Below, piece by piece: positions 1-14,589 of a DNA stretch of 64,000 nucleotides (its first letter is position 1; every line of letters begins with the position of its first letter). The stretch lies in NCBI RefSeq assembly GCF_009914755.1, contig NC_060941.1; one strand, given 5' to 3'. Under the pieces are notes generated by a model. It did no database searches. It was not told where the DNA came from and saw only the letters and a list, made by a program, of their open reading frames with translations. The stretch comes from the human T2T-CHM13v2.0 reference genome, Homo sapiens. Both the position numbers and the translations under genes were made by a program.

Positions 1-1892
1 GATGCACTTAGCCGTGAAGTTACTTCATTTTTTGGGCCTCAGTGTTTGCCTATAAGACAGGATCAGGCTCTCACATGGTTATTTGTATGAACTGATGAGA
101 TGTTTGCCTGGTACAAGGTGGGTGTTAAAGAAATGGAAGCTAATGATAAAATGATTTTGTTTCTCTGTGCCTGAATCTCGTCCTCAGGAGCTTATAATTT
201 AGTAGACACATAAGCCACAAACAGAAGCCAGCTCTGTGTCAGGCCCCATGAGAAGTCCGCAGGTGCGATCTTCAATTTGGAGGTGAGGAAACTGAGGCTT
301 GGAGGGTGATTTGCCAAGGTCTGGATCGGGAAGGGGAGGCAGGACTCAAGGCCCATTGGGCTCCGGGGTCTCACAGTGAGCGAGGAAGCTGAGAAGAGCC
401 TGGCCCATCTTGCAGGCACCGCTGTGCTTCCAGGGTTGCCCAGGCGAGACCCTCACCCCATGTGCTACCTGTCCCTGACAGGCAGGGAAAGGGGCTGGGC
501 CGGCCCTGGGGGTGGCTGTGTGGATGAACACCTAGTGGATGATGAAATGCAGGCTGAGAAGAGTCTGAGATGAATCGGGAAGTTTCGGGAAGCTGCCCCT
601 ACGGTGATGTTCAGTGTCAGGGAGCTGCACAGAGGAGCCGGTGGAGGAACATGGAGAGTAGGAGGCGGTGTGAGGCAGACACTCTTTGCCTGGCATGGGC
701 TGGAGGTGTGGGGTGAATGGTTCACGAGAAGAGGGGGCATGCACAGTGCAGTGGGCACAGAGGGCAAGGTGGAAGGAAACAGCCTTGGCTGACCACCATG
801 TCGGGCTGGGCTTAGGGACTGGGGTCCTTTGAATCCCCACCTTCCCCTGCCTCGTCCCCACACTCATTCATCCATTCAGTGAAAACCCCTCTGTCAAATG
901 CGGCTCATGTCACATGCGGCTCATGTTAGATGCTGTTTGGGACACTTGGGAGGCCTCAGTGGGCAATAGATTAAATTCCTCCTCCTAGCTTGAGGGGGTG
1001 CATGTGTCCATCCCCACCTTCTCCTCAAATCTCTCAGAGGACAAAGCAGGGGCCACGGCTCTCCCACGGCATCCTCTATACAGCCATGGAGGCTGGAGCA
1101 GAGATGGACCAACAAAGGGGTCCATCTGCCACACCCCCCATCTACTTCCCTTCTGTTGAAGATGGGAAGGTCATGGCTGTCTCAGTGTGGCAAGCTCCCA
1201 CCTGGAACTGGACACCATAAAATCTTGCTAGACAGGGACGGATTTCAAGGTGGTCTTGGGAGGCACCTCCGCCACGGCCTGAGATCCTGCAGCACCCTCG
1301 CCCGGATCACAACCAGAGCAGGAGGTGTCTTTGGGCCACTGCTCTTTTGAGACGATCCGGGGGCGTTCAGGGAGCAGGAGGAGGAAACCGAGGCAGCTGG
1401 GTGGAGAAGCACCTCTGTGCCTGGTGGCCTGCTGTGTCAGCCCCTCCTCATGTGGCACCTGCATCTCTGGGAGGGAGCCCTTTTCCTGGGGCCTGAACTT
1501 CCCAGGGCCATGCCTGCTCATGCCTGCCCCTGGGACTCCTGGCCCAGGGTTTTGAGTCCAGCAAGGGACAGAAGGTAAGTTCGTGGGCTCTGAGGTCTAC
1601 TGGGCCTGAGTTTGCATTTGGATCAGTGGTGAGCCCTTGGACAAGATGTTTCACCGCTCCGAGCCTCAGTTTCCCTCATCTGTTAATGGGGATATGAGCT
1701 CACACATGGGGAGCACTGGGCGTCACAGTGCCTGGACACAGCAGCTCTAACAGGATTGCATGTGTCAGTTTCCTATGCCTGCTGTCACCACACACTTCAC
1801 AGCTTAAAACAACACGGATTTATCATCTTACAGTTCTGGAGGTTGGAGGTCCAAAATGGTCCCTTGAAGGTGTAAATCAAAAATAAAATTCT

Positions 1893-2190
1893 GGCTGGGC
1901 GCGGTGGCTCACACCTGTAATCTCAGCACTTTGGGAGGCCGAGGTGGGCGGATCACGAGGTCAGGAGATCGAGACCATTGTGGCAAACACGGTGAAACCC
2001 TGTCTCTACTAAAAATAGAAAAAATTAGCCAGGCGTGGTAGCGGCGCTACTTGGGAGCTGAGGCAGGCGAATGGCATGAACCCAGGAGGCGGAGCTTGCA
2101 GTGAGCTGAGATCGCACCACTGCACTCCAGCCTGGGCGACACAGCGAGACTCCATCTCAAAAAAACAAAAACAAAAACAAAAATTAATAA
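1893..2190 (+). mobile_element. AluY-like
   Basis: Diagnostic gagatcgagaccat and gaatggc(a)tgaacccaggaggcggagcttgcagtg; A-rich tail; TSD aaaataaaattc. Confidence 0.9.
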
Positions 2191-2357
2191 AATAAAATTC
2201 GAAGATCCCCCCAACCATCTGAATGGACTCCCTCCTCTTGGCCAGGGCACTCCTCATTATGACCTCCTCCCTTTTGGAATTCAGGAAAAGCTGACTAACA
2301 TTGAACATCAACACAGACTTCATCTGATAAGAAACATTCATGATCTACTCTCTATGA

Positions 2358-2874
<517 letters not shown>

Positions 2875-3300
2875 TGAACTGATCCAATGTATATTTTAAG
2901 TGTATCTGATTGATGTCTCATGTCTCCCTAAAATGTATAAAACCACGCTGTGCCCTGACCTCCTTGGGCACATGTCGTCAGGACTTCCTGAGGCTGTGTG
3001 ATGAGCACATTCTTAACCTTGGCAAAATGAACTTTCTAAATGGATTGAGACCTGTCTTGGATCCTTCTGGGCTCGCAGAGGCTAAAGTCAATGTGTTGGC
3101 CGGGCTGCGTTCCTTCCAGAGGCTCTAGGGGAGAACCTACCTCCTTTCCTTTTCCAGCTTTTGGAGGCTGCCTGGATCCCCCGGCTTGTGGCCTCTTCCT
3201 CCGCCTTCAAAGCCAGCGAAATGGCTGGTGGAGTCTTTCTGGTGCTGTCTCACTCTGACACTCTTGTTTTGTCTCCCTCTTCTATATATAAGGATCCTTG

Positions 3301-4398
3301 TGTAGGAGTGACAGAACCTTCTCTCTCTCTCCTGGAGGTTCAGTATTCGAGCCTGAAAAATGCACTCAGCAGGAGACAGATGAGCAGGAGGAAAGACACA
3401 CATTTATGAGGTGCATGTGCACAGGGGTCACACAGGGTAGGCGCCTCCAAGAAGGACCGGATGGTTGAAGCTTAAATAGCATTTTGAGCTACAGAAAGAA
3501 TTAGGGGCTTACAGGCTCCTGGAGGGTGGTGGCGACCAGCAATGGAGGGTGAGGGCAGGAGCTGCACTGGGAACAAAGGCATTAGTCTCTCCTCTGGTTA
3601 GTGTGGGTTCCGGGGCCAAGACAATTGCATTCCTTCTGGAGGAACTTCCCTTAGATAAGGGAAGCTTCAGGAAAGCCCCTCCCTGTGCTTTGGGAAAGAA
3701 AGGATGGAGACACAGGATGGAGACTGGAGAAGGGCAGAGAGACCTTCGTTCTGAGGCTGCTGCTTCAGTTCAAAATACAGCCCTCTGCATCGGTGCATTC
3801 CACATCTGCAGATTCAACCAATTGCTAATGGAAAACATTAAAAAACAATCATAACAATACAACATTTACAAATAATACTGGCTAGGCATGGCAGCTCATG
3901 CCTGTAATCCCAGCACTTTGGGAGGCTGAGGCGAGTGGATCAGTCGAGGTCAGGAGTTTGAGATCAGCCTGGCCAACATGGTGAAACCTCGTCTCTACTA
4001 AAAATACAAAAATTAGCCAGGCCTGGTGGTGCCTGGCTGTAATCCCAGCTACTTGGGAAGCTGAGGCAGGAGAATCTCTTGAACTCGGGAGGCAGAGGTT
4101 GCAGTGAGCTGGGCGACAGAGCGAGACTCGGTCTCCAAAAAAAAAACACACATTTAAAAATTAACTATTTACATAGCATTTATGTTGTGTTAGGTATTAT
4201 AAGTAATCTAGCGATGCTGTAAGGTATATGGGAGGATATGTACAGATAACATGCAAATATGATATAAGGAAATTAAGCATCCTTAGATTTTGGTACCTGC
4301 AGGGGTGCTGGAACCAATCCTGCATGGATACTGAGGGATGACTGTACTTAGCATGTCAAAGCGCCATATTTTGAGGTGTCATTTTCTGACTTCCAGCA
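3301..4398 (-). mobile_element. ERV1 solo LTR (MER31/MER67-like) interrupted by MER2
   Basis: tg...ca termini with 4-bp TSD cttg; terminal cttagcatgtcaaagcgccatattttgaggtgtc. Confidence 0.55.
3778..4344. mobile_element. MER2 (TcMar-Tigger MITE) containing an AluS at 3880-4146 (+)
   Basis: TA|cagccctctg...gagggatgactg|TA ends; internal tatttacatagcattta...gtattataagtaatctag. Confidence 0.8.
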
Positions 4399-4417
4399 CT
4401 TGAGGTTACATTAGGCC

Positions 4418-4914
4418 TGTAACAGTGAAGAAGCAAAGAACAAACATCACTCCCTCCATTTGTGTTTAAGAGGCCTTTACTCATTCCTGCACGTCTGCTA
4501 GGATAATTTTAGAGCACTGAGACAAAATGCAAAACAGCAATCATGTAGTTTTTGAAACTCTGGGATTAAAGGCGAAGTCTGTAAACAACTAGCTATGTTT
4601 TATTGACAGTTTACAGGCACACTGTGACCGGACCAAGGACAAATAAGTTCTCAACCTCTTCTGACCCTCACTGATGTTCAGATGTCTGTGGTCCTTCATC
4701 ACCTCTAGATCCCAATGCCCTCCTCTTCCCCATATCCCCTTGCCACAAAAACCCTCTGGCTAGCCTAAAAAATTGGAGTTGTTACTTTTGAACACTAGTT
4801 CACCATCTTCCTGGTTTTGCTGGCTTCCTGAATAAACCTGCTTTTCCTCTGTCCAACCTTACTGCTCATGTCTGGCTTTTGGGTGGCAAGCAGCTGAACC
4901 TGGGTTCGGTTGAA
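4418..4914 (+). mobile_element. ERV1-class solo LTR (family not determined)
   Basis: tgtaac start, aataaa signal at ~4831, end gcaagcagctgaacctgggttcggtt, flanked by ggcc TSD. Confidence 0.55.
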
Positions 4915-4947
4915 GGCCCACCCAGATAATCTAGGATAACCTCTGCA

Positions 4948-5244
4948 TTTTTTTTTTTTTTTTTGAGACAGAGTTTTGCTCTTGCCCAGGCTGGAGTGCA
5001 ATGGCATGATCTCGGCTCACTGCCACCTCCGCCTCCTGGGTTCAACTGATTCTCCTGCCTCAGTCTCCTGAGTAGCTGGGATTACAGGTATGCGCCACCA
5101 TGCCTGGCTAATTTTTGTATTTTTAGTAGAGATGGGGTTTCTCCATGTTGGTCAGGCTGGTCTCGAACTCCTGACCTCAGGTGATCCGCCCACCTAAGCC
5201 TCCCAAAGTGTTGGGATGACAGGCGTGAGCCACCACTCCTGACC
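4948..5244 (-). mobile_element. AluS
   Basis: Antisense dimer; TSD ctctgcatttt. Confidence 0.9.
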
Positions 5245-5401
5245 TAATCTCTGCATTTTAAACTCAGTTGGTTAGCAACCTAATTCTCACAGGTTCTGGG
5301 GATTAAGAGGTGGACATCTTTGGGGACTGATTCTGCTGATCCCATATTTCTGCAGTGATCTGTGATCTAACCAGAGAAACTGTTCAGAAAGAAAGGGGGT
5401 C

Positions 5402-5775
5402 TGTATTCGTCCTTTCTCACGTTGCTATAAAGAAACACTGGAGACTGAGTCATTTATAAAGAAAAGAGGTTTAATTGGCTCACTATTCCACAGACTACAG
5501 GAAGGATGGCTGGGGAGGCCTCAGGAAACTTACAGTCACAGCGGAAGGCAAAGAGGAAGCAGGCAGCGGCTTCGTGGCAGGAGCAGGAGGAAGGCGGTGG
5601 GGAGGTGCTACATACTTTTAAACAACTGGATCTTGTGAGAACTCACTATCACGAGAACAGCAAGGGGGAATTCTGCGCCCTGATCCAGTCACCTCCCACC
5701 AGGCTCCTCCTCCAACAGTGGGGATTACAATTCGACATGAGATTTGAGTGGGGACACAGATCCAAACCATATCAG
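5402..5775 (-). mobile_element. MST (MaLR) solo LTR
   Basis: tgtatt...aagaaaagaggtttaattggctcac...ggggaggcctcaggaaacttaca...tccaaaccatatca. Confidence 0.85.
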
Positions 5776-5883
5776 TGTCATTAAAAAAATAGTTGCCCTG
5801 CTAACTTTTTTAATCCCCTGTAACTCTAAATAAAATAATGATGTGAACATAACACATTTAGAGTCCCTGGTTCATTTCCTGGC

Positions 5884-6259
5884 TGTATTAGTCTGTTTTC
5901 ACACTGGTATAAAGATACTACCTGAGACTGGGTAATTCAGGAAGGAAAGAAGTTTAATTGATTCACAGTTCCATGTGGCTGGGGAGGCCTCAGGAAACTT
6001 ACAATTAGGGCGGAAGGGGAAGCAGCCATCTTCTTCACAAGGTGGCAGGAGAGAGAAGAATGAGGAATGAGGGGGAAGAGCCTCTTATAAAACCATCACA
6101 TCTCATGAGAACGCACTCGCTATCTCGAAAACAGCAAGAGGGAAATCACCTCCATGATCCAATCACCTCCCACGGGGTTCCTCCCTCAACACGGTGAGGA
6201 TTATGGGGATTACAATTCCAGATGAGATTTGGGTAGGGACAGAGAGTCAAACCGTATCA
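5884..6259 (-). mobile_element. MST/THE1 (MaLR) solo LTR
   Basis: tgtattagtctgttttcacactg...cctgagactgggtaatt...gatgagatttgggt...caaaccgtatca. Confidence 0.85.
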
Positions 6260-7380
6260 CTGGCATATAGTAGATGCTCAATAAGTGGAATCTCCTGATC
6301 ATGATAAAGTGTTCGCCTGTGTTTCCAGCACTGGGATGGGGCCTATGTGGAGGAGGAGGGCTGCCTGTCTGGTTGGTGCCTGCTTGGCTGGCCACACACA
6401 CCCCAGACACAGTGGTTACCTTTCCTGCAGAACAGGGCAAGTACAATAGCTCTGCTCGCAGCTCCCACAAGCTGTGCGGTAGAATGGCCTTCTGTCATAA
6501 ATAAAAATAAATCCTAGACGCTGCCTTTCAATCAGAGGATTAGCCTAAATGTTGTGAAACAGAAAGCATAAAATATGCATTGGAGAAGCAGCTCTCCCCA
6601 CCTCGTGGCCTCTGCACTCGAGGTGGCTAGTGTGTGAGGGCCAGTTGTCCCCGCGCAGTGCCACTGTTGCTGATTTGTACGCGGTGTCAGTAAATGCTGT
6701 TATGACATTATTAATGCTGCACACTACGGCAAAGGACAATGGCCTATTGCCTCGTAATGTGCTGTGTGCTGCTGCAGTCGGAGCACATTAAATGGGGATT
6801 TCAAACATGGTAAATGGCTTGTTTCTCTTCTCCCTCTACACACCCCAGGCCCCGTCTATGAGCTCTAAAAACAACCTTGAAGCCTTCAGAAGGTAGGAGT
6901 GGCAGTCGAGCCTCTGATGCCCAGTGAGGCTCCAGCGGGACCAGTGAGGGGGTCCAGGGGTCCCTAGGAAGCAGCCCAGCCTTCCCACCCCCAGAGTGCA
7001 CCTAGGACTGTTGACTTTCCTCGCTGGGGCAGGCAGGTGTCTGGGCAGCTTGGCCTGAGGCTTGAGGGTGGTGGGGTAGTTCAGGGAAGCTGGACTTGCC
7101 AGGTGGGTGGGCTGGTGGGCTCACTGCTCTGCCCTCCAGTGACACGCGCAGGGGGCCCAGATGGTAGGCCTTCCGGTGGATTTTATTGGTCTTGCACAAT
7201 GTTCTAAAAATACTGAGCCTACATTTTAAAATTATGCGACTTCACAGGAGAAGCCCAGATTTCTGGCTTCTCTTGAAATAACTGGGCCCACAGTCACACA
7301 ATGCAATGGTGACGTGTCCCCTTCGGGGGCTGCAGCCCTTGACGGTCTTTAGCCACACTGGTCATTTGAACTAGATCCCC

Positions 7381-8096
7381 GTAGTGGGTTAAACAGTTTC
7401 TTCCCCAATCCATGTCTTCCCAGAACCTCAGACTCTGACCTTATTGGGAAATAGAGTCTTTGCAGATTTAACTAGTTAAGATGAGGTCCTGTAGGATTAG
7501 GGTGGGCCCTAAATCAATGAGTAGTGTCCTTACCAGAGGAGGGATTTTCAGGCACACAGAGATACGCCCAGAGAAGGCCAGATGGAGATAAGGCAGAGAC
7601 TGGAGTGAGGTAGCTACAAGCCAAGGGCTGCCTGGGGCTACCAGGAGCTGGGAGAAAAGCCTGGGGTGGTTTATCTCTCAGAGCCTGGAAGAAATGGACC
7701 GTATCAACACCTTGATTTCAGACTTCTGGACTTCAGGAAGCTGAGGCAGGAGGATCGCTTGAGCCCAGGAGATCGAGGCCGCAGTGAGCTATGAGTGCAC
7801 CACCGCACTCCAGCCTGTGTGACAGTGCGATGCCCTTTCTTATAAAATAACAAATAGATAAACAAGGACTGGCATCAGGTGTCCCTGTTTCCAAACCCCA
7901 TCCCTTTTCACTGTTTCTTGAGGCTATCAACAGACCCACAACCAGCCAAATGCAGAGCAGGAGGCACATTCGCCCAGGTGCCCTAAATATAGCACTTCCA
8001 GCCCCTCCCCTTGAGCAGGGTGAATGTGAAGAAATAAATTCCAGTTGCCTTAAACCACGCAGGTTGTTGTGGTTTGTTGCGATTGCCTGGGAAACA
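7381..8096 (+). mobile_element. MLT1 LTR carrying a 265-bp inverted templated insert (7734-7999)
   Basis: gaccttattgggaaatagagtctttgcagat...gttaagatgaggtc...ttgatttcagacttctgg, resuming as aataaattccagttgccttaaaccac at ~8030. Confidence 0.8.
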
Positions 8097-8263
8097 CCCC
8101 ACTCCCCTTCCCTTGTTTTCTGGCCCACCCTGTCAGTATTTTGAGTTTGGACCTCTGAATGGCAGGACTTACCTCACTGCACCCTTCCCGAGTCCTCTGC
8201 CTGTTTGGACACAGGCCTCCACTGCCTGGCCAGGGAATTCTGCTGACTGTGGGCTTCTTCTGA

Positions 8264-9341
<1,078 letters not shown>

Positions 9342-10425
9342 CACCGTCAGTCCTTGGCCGGGCCCTGCAGCAGGTGCCGCCGTTCCTACTCCCCTGTTCT
9401 CTGGCTTGCTTCCAGAGACTTTCCTTTCTCCTCAGGAGGCCACAAGTATTTGTCTAGAACAGTGCTTCCCCACCTTGCCTGTGTCGGCATAACCTGTGGC
9501 ATCAATGCACCAGCGTGCCCAGGCTGCACCTCAGGTACTGGATCAGAATAAGGACAATTTTGCTAAATTCTGCAGGTGATTCTGCTGGAATCTGGGCTGA
9601 GAACCACCAGTCGATGAGGCAGGATCTTGGGATCTTGGTGTGGGTCCCCCAGAAACAGATGCTCAGAATAGGATTCTGCAAGTGGTTTATTTGGATGGTG
9701 ACCCCAGGAACATTGACCGGGGAGTGGAATGAGACAGGAGGGAAGGGAGTGAACACAGGGGCATCACAGGGCTGGCTACACCACGGGTGACTGGAGCTCA
9801 AACTTGCTGGGAACCTGGGGAGCCACGGGGTAACACGCCGCGGAGTATCCCCCTTAGGAAGAGGGAGTGGGGGTGTCTATCCACTGCTTGAGGGCTGCTG
9901 CCAGGGTGTTGATCCTTTGTCCAGGGTCCTTTCTTCTTGCCCTTTTGTGTTCTAGCATATTCCCACAGCCATTAAAAAAAAGTCCTCAGGCAGAGAGTTG
10001 AAGGTGTTCTCAGTCATCTGCCTCTTAGCTTGCAGAGGTGACTGCAGTGGGAACCAGGACTGGGCACAAACAGCATCTGTTCCTGACGGACAGTAACAAC
10101 CATCAGAACCACCATGCTTGAAAGGCTCAGGAGGTCCTGGCAACGGGCTACTTACCTGCATTAAGCGGCTCAATCCTCAGAACAGCTCTATGAAGCAGGT
10201 TATAAGGAGCCCCACTTATAGTTGAGGAAACTGAGGCATGAAGAGGTTATACCCAAGACTGCATGATGTGGGATTCACAGTTTTTCTCCTAATGCCTACA
10301 GCACAGTGGAGAGCAAGCAGGACTGTTTACACTGAACTTTACTGCAGACAAGAGGCCAAAAAAAGGGGACAGACTTCAAAAGGGACAGGCAGCTGGACAA
10401 TCTGGCTTGCAAAATGCCACTGGCT

Positions 10426-10754
<329 letters not shown>

Positions 10755-12357
10755 TCACTGGCTGTCCTCTGCTTGCTTCCCTCCCTGGCCCAAGCCAGCC
10801 GTCAAATGGCAGAGAGGCTTTCCCGCTCCAACTTCAAAGTCCAGATCTAAGGGTGTGTGGCCCAGGGGAAGAGGGGAGTACCTTCCCCTACCTTCTAAAT
10901 TCTGGCTTCTGTGGAGGGTAGGCCACCTCCCCAGATGACCCACACCAGAGGTGGCCATGCCTTCTAGGGAACCCCATCTCCACCACTGAGGAAGAGGCTT
11001 CCCCTTTGGCCTAAAATGGCAACCAGATATAAATGCCACCCCCTAAGCCTACTCAATCAGAAGAACCCCCAATCAGAAGAGAGACACCTAATCAGAAGGA
11101 CCATTTCATTCCTTAGTGTAGATATGGCTTATTGCCAGGATTTGTGGCAGATGTAGGCACCCAGGCATGAGATGTGATTTACAGGCCTGGCAGAGACCTC
11201 TGCCCTCCAACATCTCCTTAGCCAGCCTGCCACGATGCCCAAATTTCCGGCCACCATTCATCACTCTTCTGCACAAAGGCACGGTCAGCATGTCCTTGTT
11301 CAATGCAAATTTGTTACCTAGCCTGTGTAACACATTATATCTGCTAACACCAATTTATCACCCATTTTCACATTAGCAGAGAGCAAGGCAGTGAGATAAT
11401 GGAACTCAGCACCGGTAAATTTTGATGAAGAAGGAGCAGCAAAGCAGAGAGCGTGAGTCATGGCCAGTGAGTAATGGCCCAGGAAGGGGGCCGGGAGGTG
11501 GGCAGGGCAGGCAGCAAGGGGCCTGGGTATGGGGGATTGGAGGGGACCAGGCCCAGCTGGAGGAAAATAAAGTCTCCTCCTCGCATAAGCCAGGCTGCAG
11601 CATCGTGGCCTGAGCTGGGAAGACCCTCAGAGTCATTTGACACATGACTGAGGCTTTGGGCACTTCCCAGGGTGGGGTGGTCAGATATGACCTCGGGAAG
11701 TGCTTTTGAAGCCGGAGAGCTTTCTTCAGGCTGGCTCTGCGAGCTCCCAGGAGTCTCTGTCTCTGCAACTGCAAACACATCTCCAGAGCCAGGAAGTACG
11801 AGGAGGGGGAGGGGAGGACGCCTAGATGCTAAGAGACGACATGAGATCCTACATGCTTTAGGGTTGCAAGGGACCTTGGTGAGCTTCTGGTCACTATCAT
11901 TTCATAATGGAGACTCTGAGACGTGCACACTTGATCGCCCACTGGCTAGTGGAGGATCTGGGGCTACAACTCAGTACGCCCCTGCGCCTGGCTCTGTGAG
12001 CGGGCCCCAGCACCACAGGCCGAGTTTATACTCAGATCAGTAAGCAAAGAGGAGCCACGGGAGTTTCTGACCAGGGAGGGGCAGAAGATAGGCATGTGTT
12101 GCCAAGCGAAATCGTGGGAAGCGGCTGATGAGGAAGCCCACGGAGGCACCTGGCAGAAGAGAAGGGTCTCCGCTGGGTGCGCATCTCTTCTGTGCTCTGC
12201 GGGAGCCAAAGCAGCTTTCGGCCCTCGGGGCTGGTGGCGCCCTGGGAAGCTGCTTGGCTCAGGGGAAGGAGCAGGGACCCCCGCCCGCCCGTCCTCGAAG
12301 CTGGTCCTCGGCGTCCCAGCCCCGCACGGCCCCGGGCAGGGCGCACAGCGGGGCTGC

Positions 12358-12374
12358 GGCCACGAGGTGGCGCC
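12358..12374 (+). promoter_or_regulatory. Candidate CTCF motif at the 5' edge of the promoter island
   Basis: GGCCACGAGGTGGCGCC fits the CTCF core CCASYAGRKGGCRS with one tolerated deviation. Motif only, no binding data. Confidence 0.55.
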
Positions 12375-13047
12375 GGCGCGCCTTGGAAGCGCAGCTGCAG
12401 CTCCCGGGCCGCCCCAGCGCCGCTCGGCCGCCTCCTCCGAGGAACAATGCGGCGCCTCCGGGCGTAGCGTCGCGCGGGGCCGGACGCCGGACACCAGAGC
12501 GCGGGCGGCGGAGCCAGCGGGCGAGAGAGCGCGCGGCGGGCGCGGGTTGCCCTCGTCGAGAGCCATGGGCGCGGCGCGGCGCGGGGCTGAGGATCGGCGC
12601 GGCCCGGAGGCGCTGGGGACCGGGGCGCGGGCCCGGGGCCGCCTTTAGCCGGCACCGAGGGCGCGGGGCCGGGGATGAGGGCGCCCGCCGCGGGGAGCCC
12701 GTCTGCGCGCCGCGGCACCTTCCCGCCCAGCGAGCGAGCCCGAGCAGGCAGACGCGCGGCCGGCGGTCTGGGGGCGCGCCGCCTCCCGGTCCCCAAAATG
12801 TGAAGCGGGGAGGGCGGAGACGCAGAGACGGCCCGGCCGGGCGCCCTCGCCGCCCTCCGGCAGCCGCGCCGCTCCCTCCGCTGCACGCCCAGGCCTGAGC
12901 AGCGAGGCCACCGGGCCGCGCGCTCCCAGCTTCGCTCGGACGCGGCTTCGGCCCGCAGAGGGTTCGTGGCCCGGACGCGGCGAGAGCTGGGCCCAGGACG
13001 GTGCGTCCGGCCTCGCCCGCGGCTGCTCGCACCAACAAGTTTGAACA

Positions 13048-13115
13048 ATGATCACCGTCAACCCCGATGGGAAGATAATGGTCAGAAGATGCCTGGTCAC
13101 CCTGAGACCCTTTCG
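13048..13115 (+). CDS. MGAT5B: MGAT5B coding exon 1 (MITVNPDGKIMVRRCLVTLRPF-R), cytoplasmic tail
   Basis: ATG at 13048 has an in-frame TGA two codons upstream (TGA ACA ATG). The translation matches the GnT-IX N-terminus as I recall it. Donor CG|gtaaag at 13116; 68 nt, phase 2. Confidence 0.95.
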
Positions 13116-14568
13116 GTAAAGTTCCCTCCTGGTTGGTTTTTTCCCCAGGGGGGCGCCGGGTGGAGGTGGGCGAGGTCGGTTCCTGCGAACGTTCAAGTCC
13201 TGGTGGCAGAGGGGGCGGTTCACACTTCAACCCCTGGTGATGACCAGTGGGGCTGGGCTGGGGGAACGGATGGCGTTGGGGTTTGGGGTGCGGATGGGGA
13301 GGGTTGTGTTATTCGGGGACCTGTCCCGAGTTGGGCAGGGTTGGAGAGGACTCGGGGTGCAGAGGTAAGAATGGGGGCAGAAAACCCCCAGGTCGTGGTC
13401 CTGGGCCCAGAAAGTTGCCCCAGCCTGCGCGCCCCTTCCCAGCCCCTCAGGGTCCTTCCTCACCCCGCGGACGGTCCCATCCGGGTGGCAAAGTTAGTGT
13501 GCGGCGCCTTGGAGCTCCCCCTCCGGTCCCTCCCGTCCCGCCCGTCTGCCCCTAGGTCGGCTACCCCCCAACCCCTCCGCCTGTGCCACCCTCTCCCCAG
13601 CCTTTGGTGGCACTGCTCTCCTCCCCGCGGGGCTCGGGCCTGGCTCCGACGAGAGGGTCCCGAGATTAGAGCGAGGACTCGCTCATCCCAGGATTCGCCC
13701 CCGATCGCAGGCGTCGGAGAGGCGGGGGCAGGGGCGGCGCTGCAGGGCTACGGGGCGGCTGGAGCCGAGGCTGCGGCGGAGCGTGGTGGGCGGGCGGTGG
13801 CGAAGGCGACACGCTTCGGGCGGCCAACACCTGGGGGCCCAGGCCAGGCAGGGCTGGGGCCGCGCGGGACTCACTGGACCCAGCCAGGGGCCCCCAGGGC
13901 CCAGCGGTGCCGGGGCAGCCCCCTCTCCTCCCAGGCATCCGCGGAACCGGCCCGCAGCGGGGTGGGGAGGGGGCGCTGCCCAGTGGACGCCCGGCGGGGC
14001 CCGAGTGTCACCCCGTGGGTAGCTGGGCAGCGAGGAAGCTGGGGGAGTGACCGCCCCGGCGCGGGGGCCGGACTCGGGACGTGGCCACAGGTGGGCTCCG
14101 GGCGCGGGAAGGAGCCCGAGAAGGCGGAGCTTGCAGGGGCCCTGAACTCTTGCCCTCCAGGTCTCGGCCCAGCCCCACTGTGGTCCCCCTGCCGGCTCCA
14201 GACGGGGATGGGGGCGGGGAGACGGTGGCTCACCTGGAGCCCGCCTCCCAGCACACCGGGCCTGTCTGCTGGGCCGAGGAGGCAACCCCAGGGGACGGCA
14301 GGGGTCAGGCTGGACCTCTGCGGTCCGGGGGTCCGGGAGGCCCGGAGAGCTGGTGCAGGCCGTGGGTGGTGATGGGGGCGTCGGGAGCCCATGGGAAGCA
14401 GGGCGGGAAGCAGGCGTCTCTGGAAAGGGCCTTGCTCCTCCAGGGAAGGCCTTGAATCCCTGGCCTGACTGGGAACGCTGGAGGGTCCTCGCCCCTTCCG
14501 ACCCCATCCCTGTCCCGCCCTCCGGGCCGCTGGGTGTTTCCTGGCGCGATTGGAAGCAGCCGCGAGAC

Positions 14569-14589
14569 CCCAGCACCACGGACAGTGCT
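14569..14589 (+). promoter_or_regulatory. RE1/NRSE (REST-binding site) in intron 1
   Basis: CCCAGCACCACGGACAGTGCT versus consensus TTCAGCACCACGGACAGCGCC; the central 15 nt (CAGCACC-AC-GGACAG) match exactly with the canonical 2-nt spacer. Confidence 0.8.

Larger units (their letters stand above)
12230..14400. promoter_or_regulatory. MGAT5B: CpG island spanning the MGAT5B promoter, 5' UTR, exon 1 and start of intron 1
   Basis: Very high GC with unsuppressed CpG (runs such as cgcggcgcggcgcgggg), GC boxes, no TATA box, no interspersed repeats. The exact TSS cannot be read from sequence. Confidence 0.92.

Noticed and set aside
1572-1580. Perfect splice donor AAG|GTAAGT 11 kb upstream of MGAT5B (possible lncRNA exon)
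   Set aside because: A single 9-mer with no supportable partner acceptor or promoter; it can occur by chance.
11054-11100. AATCAGAAG repeated three times at 16-19 bp spacing
   Set aside because: Too short to separate from local slippage; no function can be supported.
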